Shown: positions 61,202-64,000 of the stretch, one piece after another
Layout: each line of letters opens with the position of its first letter
How positions within the stretch are numbered: the stretch's first letter is position 1
NCBI GenBank assembly: GCA_963692865.2
Contig: OY843592.1
Location: 832,001-896,000 of the forward strand
Length of the DNA: 64,000 nt
Source: a bacterium
GTDB taxonomy: Bacteria > UBA8248
Direction of reading: 5' to 3'
Translations under genes and position numbers: made by a program
The notes under the pieces: generated by a model
The model's database searches: none
Seen by the model: only the letters and a program-made list of their open reading frames with translations
What the model was told of the DNA's origin: nothing

Positions 61202-62382
61202 TCCCCCCGTCGCTCGAATTCGGCCAGAACGGCCTGGCGCGCTTCTTCATCGAGAAGCAGGTCCGCCCCCGTCATCGCGAGCGCCTTGGCGCCGGTGAGC
61301 AGGACGCGCCTGCCCTCCGCACTCGCCGATGCCTGGGCGAACTCGGGCGTATGCGCTGAAACGCCGGGGGGAACCATCTGGATTTGCGGATGAATGGTGG
61401 GCGTTTGCCGGCTCACGTTCCCTACGTCGGACGATCCCATCCGCAGGGGCGGCGCCGAGTCGGGTTCATGAACGCCGAGGCGGTTCAGGTTTTTCAGGAA
61501 CAACGCCGCCAGGGGGTGGTTGACCCGCATGGGGGCGTAGGTGATGGGGTTTTTCTGCGTTTCGAGTTCCGTCCCCGTGGCCAGGGCCGCGCCTTCCGCG
61601 CAGGCGGCGACCCGCGCGAGCAGCGCGTCGAGTCCCTCCATCGTTTCGCTCCTCACGAAAAACCATGCGGAGGCTTTGTCGGGGATGATGTTGGGCGCCT
61701 CCCCGCCCTCGGTGATGACGCCGTGCACGCGGTCGCCGGACGGCAGTTGCTGGCGAAGCAGGGAGACGGCGCTGAACGTGGCGATGAGGGCGTCGAGCGC
61801 GTTTACGCCTTGCTCCGGCGCTGCGGAAGCGTGAGCGGCGCGTCCCCGGAAGTGGAAGCGAAGCTCCGAAAGAGCGAGAAAGTCGACGTCCACCCTGGTC
61901 TCGTCCGATGGGTGCATCATCATGGCGGCGTCCACGTCCCGGAACACGCCGGCCTGCGCCATCAGCACCTTGCCGCCGCCGCCCTCTTCTCCGGGCGTGC
62001 CGAAAACGGTGACGCCGCCGTATTCGGGGCCGAGCGCTTCTTTGAGCGCGACGCCCGCGGCCGCGCCGGCGACCCCGATGATGTTGTGCCCGCAGGCGTG
62101 GCCGAGGCCGGGCAGCGCGTCGTATTCGGAGAGAAACGATACGGAAGGCTTTTCCCCGTCCGCGGCGGGCCTGTCCGCGCGGAACGCGGTGGGCAGTTTC
62201 GCCACGCCCCGGGTGAGGGAGAAACCGTTGTTCTCCAGGTAGGCGCACAGGCGCTCGGCCGCGCGGTGTTCTTCCAGGCTCGTCTCCGGGTCCGCGTGAA
62301 TCGCGAGAGAAAGCGCCCACAGCGCGTCCGCCTCATCGTCGATCAGCTTCGATATGGCGGTTTTGGCCTCGTGAATGTCCAC
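61198..62382 (-). CDS. M20 family amidohydrolase (ACY1L2/PM20D2-like)
   Basis: EYDALPGLGHACGHN, GTPGEEGGGGK, GSSDVGNVS. Confidence 0.92.
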   Translation of the reverse strand: MDIHEAKTAISKLIDDEADALWALSLAIHADPETSLEEHRAAERLCAYLENNGFSLTRGVAKLPTAFRADRPAADGEKPSVSFLSEYDALPGLGHACGHNIIGVAGAAAGVALKEALGPEYGGVTVFGTPGEEGGGGKVLMAQAGVFRDVDAAMMMHPSDETRVDVDFLALSELRFHFRGRAAHASAAPEQGVNALDALIATFSAVSLLRQQLPSGDRVHGVITEGGEAPNIIPDKASAWFFVRSETMEGLDALLARVAACAEGAALATGTELETQKNPITYAPMRVNHPLAALFLKNLNRLGVHEPDSAPPLRMGSSDVGNVSRQTPTIHPQIQMVPPGVSAHTPEFAQASASAEGRRVLLTGAKALAMTGADLLLDEEARQAVLAEFERRGE

Positions 62383-62599
62383 TGCGGACTGCGCCTCCAG
62401 GGGCGGGCGGGAGGCTCATTATCACCAGCGTTTGGAGGAGATGTCAACGATTTCCATCGGCTCGTTTGGTTTGACGAGGACCATGAAAGGGGCGATACTG
62501 CAGGCTCCGCCCAGAAGGAGAATCGCATTGCTCCCGTTTTTGGCCGCGGTCGCCTCGCCGGTGGGTGATTCGTCGCCGATCGCACCGACTCAAGAAGAA

Positions 62600-63289
62600 A
62601 TGGACATCATCACCCTCGCCACCCAATCGGGCGGCATGGTGTTTTTCGTTCTGCTGGTGCTCGTTTTCTTCTCGCTCTCTTCCTGGGCCATCATCATCTG
62701 GAAGTTCTGGGAGCTTAGAGGAGCGAGGCGCCGCTCGGCGTCGTTCGTCGATGCGTTCTGGCGCTCCAAGCGCCTCGACAGGCTGTACGCGGAACTCGAC
62801 GCGCACGAGAGCAGTCCGGTGGGCGAGGTATTCGCCGCGGGCTATCAGGAAGCCGAGCAGGTGCTGAAGACGCGCTCTCGGGAAGGGAACGAGGATTCGA
62901 GCGTTCTCACCTCGGAGATGACGGGGGTGGAGAGCGTCGAGCGCGCGCTGAGGCGCGCCGCGAACGAGCAGGTGAGCAGACTCGAGCGCATGCTGACCTT
63001 TCTGGCCACCACGGCGAGCGCCACGCCGTTCATCGGGCTCTTCGGCACGGTGTGGGGCATCATGAATTCGTTTCGCGAGATTGGCGCCAGGGGTTCCGCC
63101 GGGCTGGCCGTCGTCGCGCCGGGCATCAGCGAAGCGCTCATCGCCACGGCGCTCGGGCTGCTGGCGGCCATTCCCGCCGTGATCGCCTATAACCACTACC
63201 AGGGCCGCGTGAAGGTGATCGCGGATGAAATCGAAAACTTTACGGCGGATTTCCTCAACCTGGTCGACCGCCATTTCATGCGTTTATGA
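62600..63289 (+). CDS. tolQ: TolQ
   Basis: FLATTASATPFIGLFGTVWGIMNSF, VAPGISEALIATA.GL.AAIPAV.AYN. Confidence 0.93.
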   Translation: MDIITLATQSGGMVFFVLLVLVFFSLSSWAIIIWKFWELRGARRRSASFVDAFWRSKRLDRLYAELDAHESSPVGEVFAAGYQEAEQVLKTRSREGNEDSSVLTSEMTGVESVERALRRAANEQVSRLERMLTFLATTASATPFIGLFGTVWGIMNSFREIGARGSAGLAVVAPGISEALIATALGLLAAIPAVIAYNHYQGRVKVIADEIENFTADFLNLVDRHFMRL

Positions 63290-63304
63290 CGAGCGGAGCT
63301 TCCC

Positions 63305-63745
63305 GTGGCCGTTAAGCTGAACCGTGGTTCGAGCATCTCGGACATCAACGTCACGCCGCTCGTGGACGTGATGCTGGTGCTGCTGGTGATCTTCATGGTC
63401 ACGGCGCCTCTGCTGGAGACGCAGAACCAGGCCGTGAACGTGGATTTGCCCCAGGTGCAGGCGGCGAAGGCGAACGTGGCCGAGGATGCCGTCGTCATCA
63501 CGTTGGACAAAAAACGCGACATGTATATAAATGATAATCCGCTGGCCGCCTCCGAGCTGAAGGAGAAGCTCACGGCGCTCTTCAGGGACAGGAGGCGCAA
63601 GGAAATCTTTCTCAGGGCGGACCGCGCGGTTCCCTATGGCGAGGTGGTGGAGGTCATGGCCATCATTCGCGCGGCGGGCATCAACCGCCTCAATATGGTG
63701 ACCGACCCCCTGGAACCCTCTCGGGGCGGGCGGCGCAGACGCTGA
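63305..63745 (+). CDS. tolR: TolR
   Basis: INVTPLVDVMLVLLVIFMVTAP, LRADRAVPYG. Confidence 0.93.
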   Translation: MAVKLNRGSSISDINVTPLVDVMLVLLVIFMVTAPLLETQNQAVNVDLPQVQAAKANVAEDAVVITLDKKRDMYINDNPLAASELKEKLTALFRDRRRKEIFLRADRAVPYGEVVEVMAIIRAAGINRLNMVTDPLEPSRGGRRRR

Positions 63746-63760
63746 GAAATCGGTGGTCTC

Positions 63761-64000
63761 ATGAATAACAAACCGCAGTTCTCGCAAGATTCCAATCCCG
63801 CCGACGTGGGTTCACCCCGTTCGGGCGCAGGCTTCGGGGAAGCGAACGGCAAGACGGGCGGGTTGCTTCGCGACCGCCGGTTTCTCAGGGCGCTGGCGGC
63901 TTCGGTTGTTTTGCACGCCGCGCTCTTCGTTTGGGTGAGCCTGGCGCCCTCTCAGCCGAAGTACCGGTTTTTCGGAAGCGGAACGGCCGTCAGCCTGGTG
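63761..64000 (+). CDS. TolA/TonB-like protein, 3'-truncated by window edge
   Basis: Open frame from ATG 63761 with TM ALAASVVLHAALF (SxxxH motif), directly after tolR. Confidence 0.7.
   Translation, partial: MNNKPQFSQDSNPADVGSPRSGAGFGEANGKTGGLLRDRRFLRALAASVVLHAALFVWVSLAPSQPKYRFFGSGTAVSLV

Overview
64-kb bacterial chromosomal window, mostly high-GC, with no rRNA, tRNA or CRISPR array. The backbone is housekeeping and catabolic genes: M20 peptidases, cupins, a Dpp-type ABC transporter, fbp plus class I aldolase, bioD, a K+ channel, nagA/anmK/Slt peptidoglycan recycling and tolQR(A). Nearly every intergenic gap holds nested palindromic repeats (GTAG-type REPs/REPINs, ATTCCGGC-type pairs, CCCCCTTGAGGGGG hairpins, GTTGAAAAA-ended MITEs), and a truncated REP-associated tyrosine transposase is present. 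Highlights: (1) An IS1111-type IS110 element whose downstream non-coding end reads as a full bridge/seekRNA, with four guide segments matching its own ends and a host repeat hairpin. (2) A type I R-M locus with a stand-alone HEPN-like gene in the PrrC position and an MNT whose HepT partner has collapsed. (3) A stand-alone PrdB/GrdB-like selenoprotein (in-frame UGA, UxxC, SECIS-like hairpin) that the ORF track splits in two. (4) A 13.3-kb lower-GC, repeat-free domain of mostly inward-pointing genes (including mreB and aroE), bracketed by a 47/49-identical AT-rich inverted repeat with no recombinase nearby. All family calls come from motif recognition by eye; no searches or GC calculations were run.
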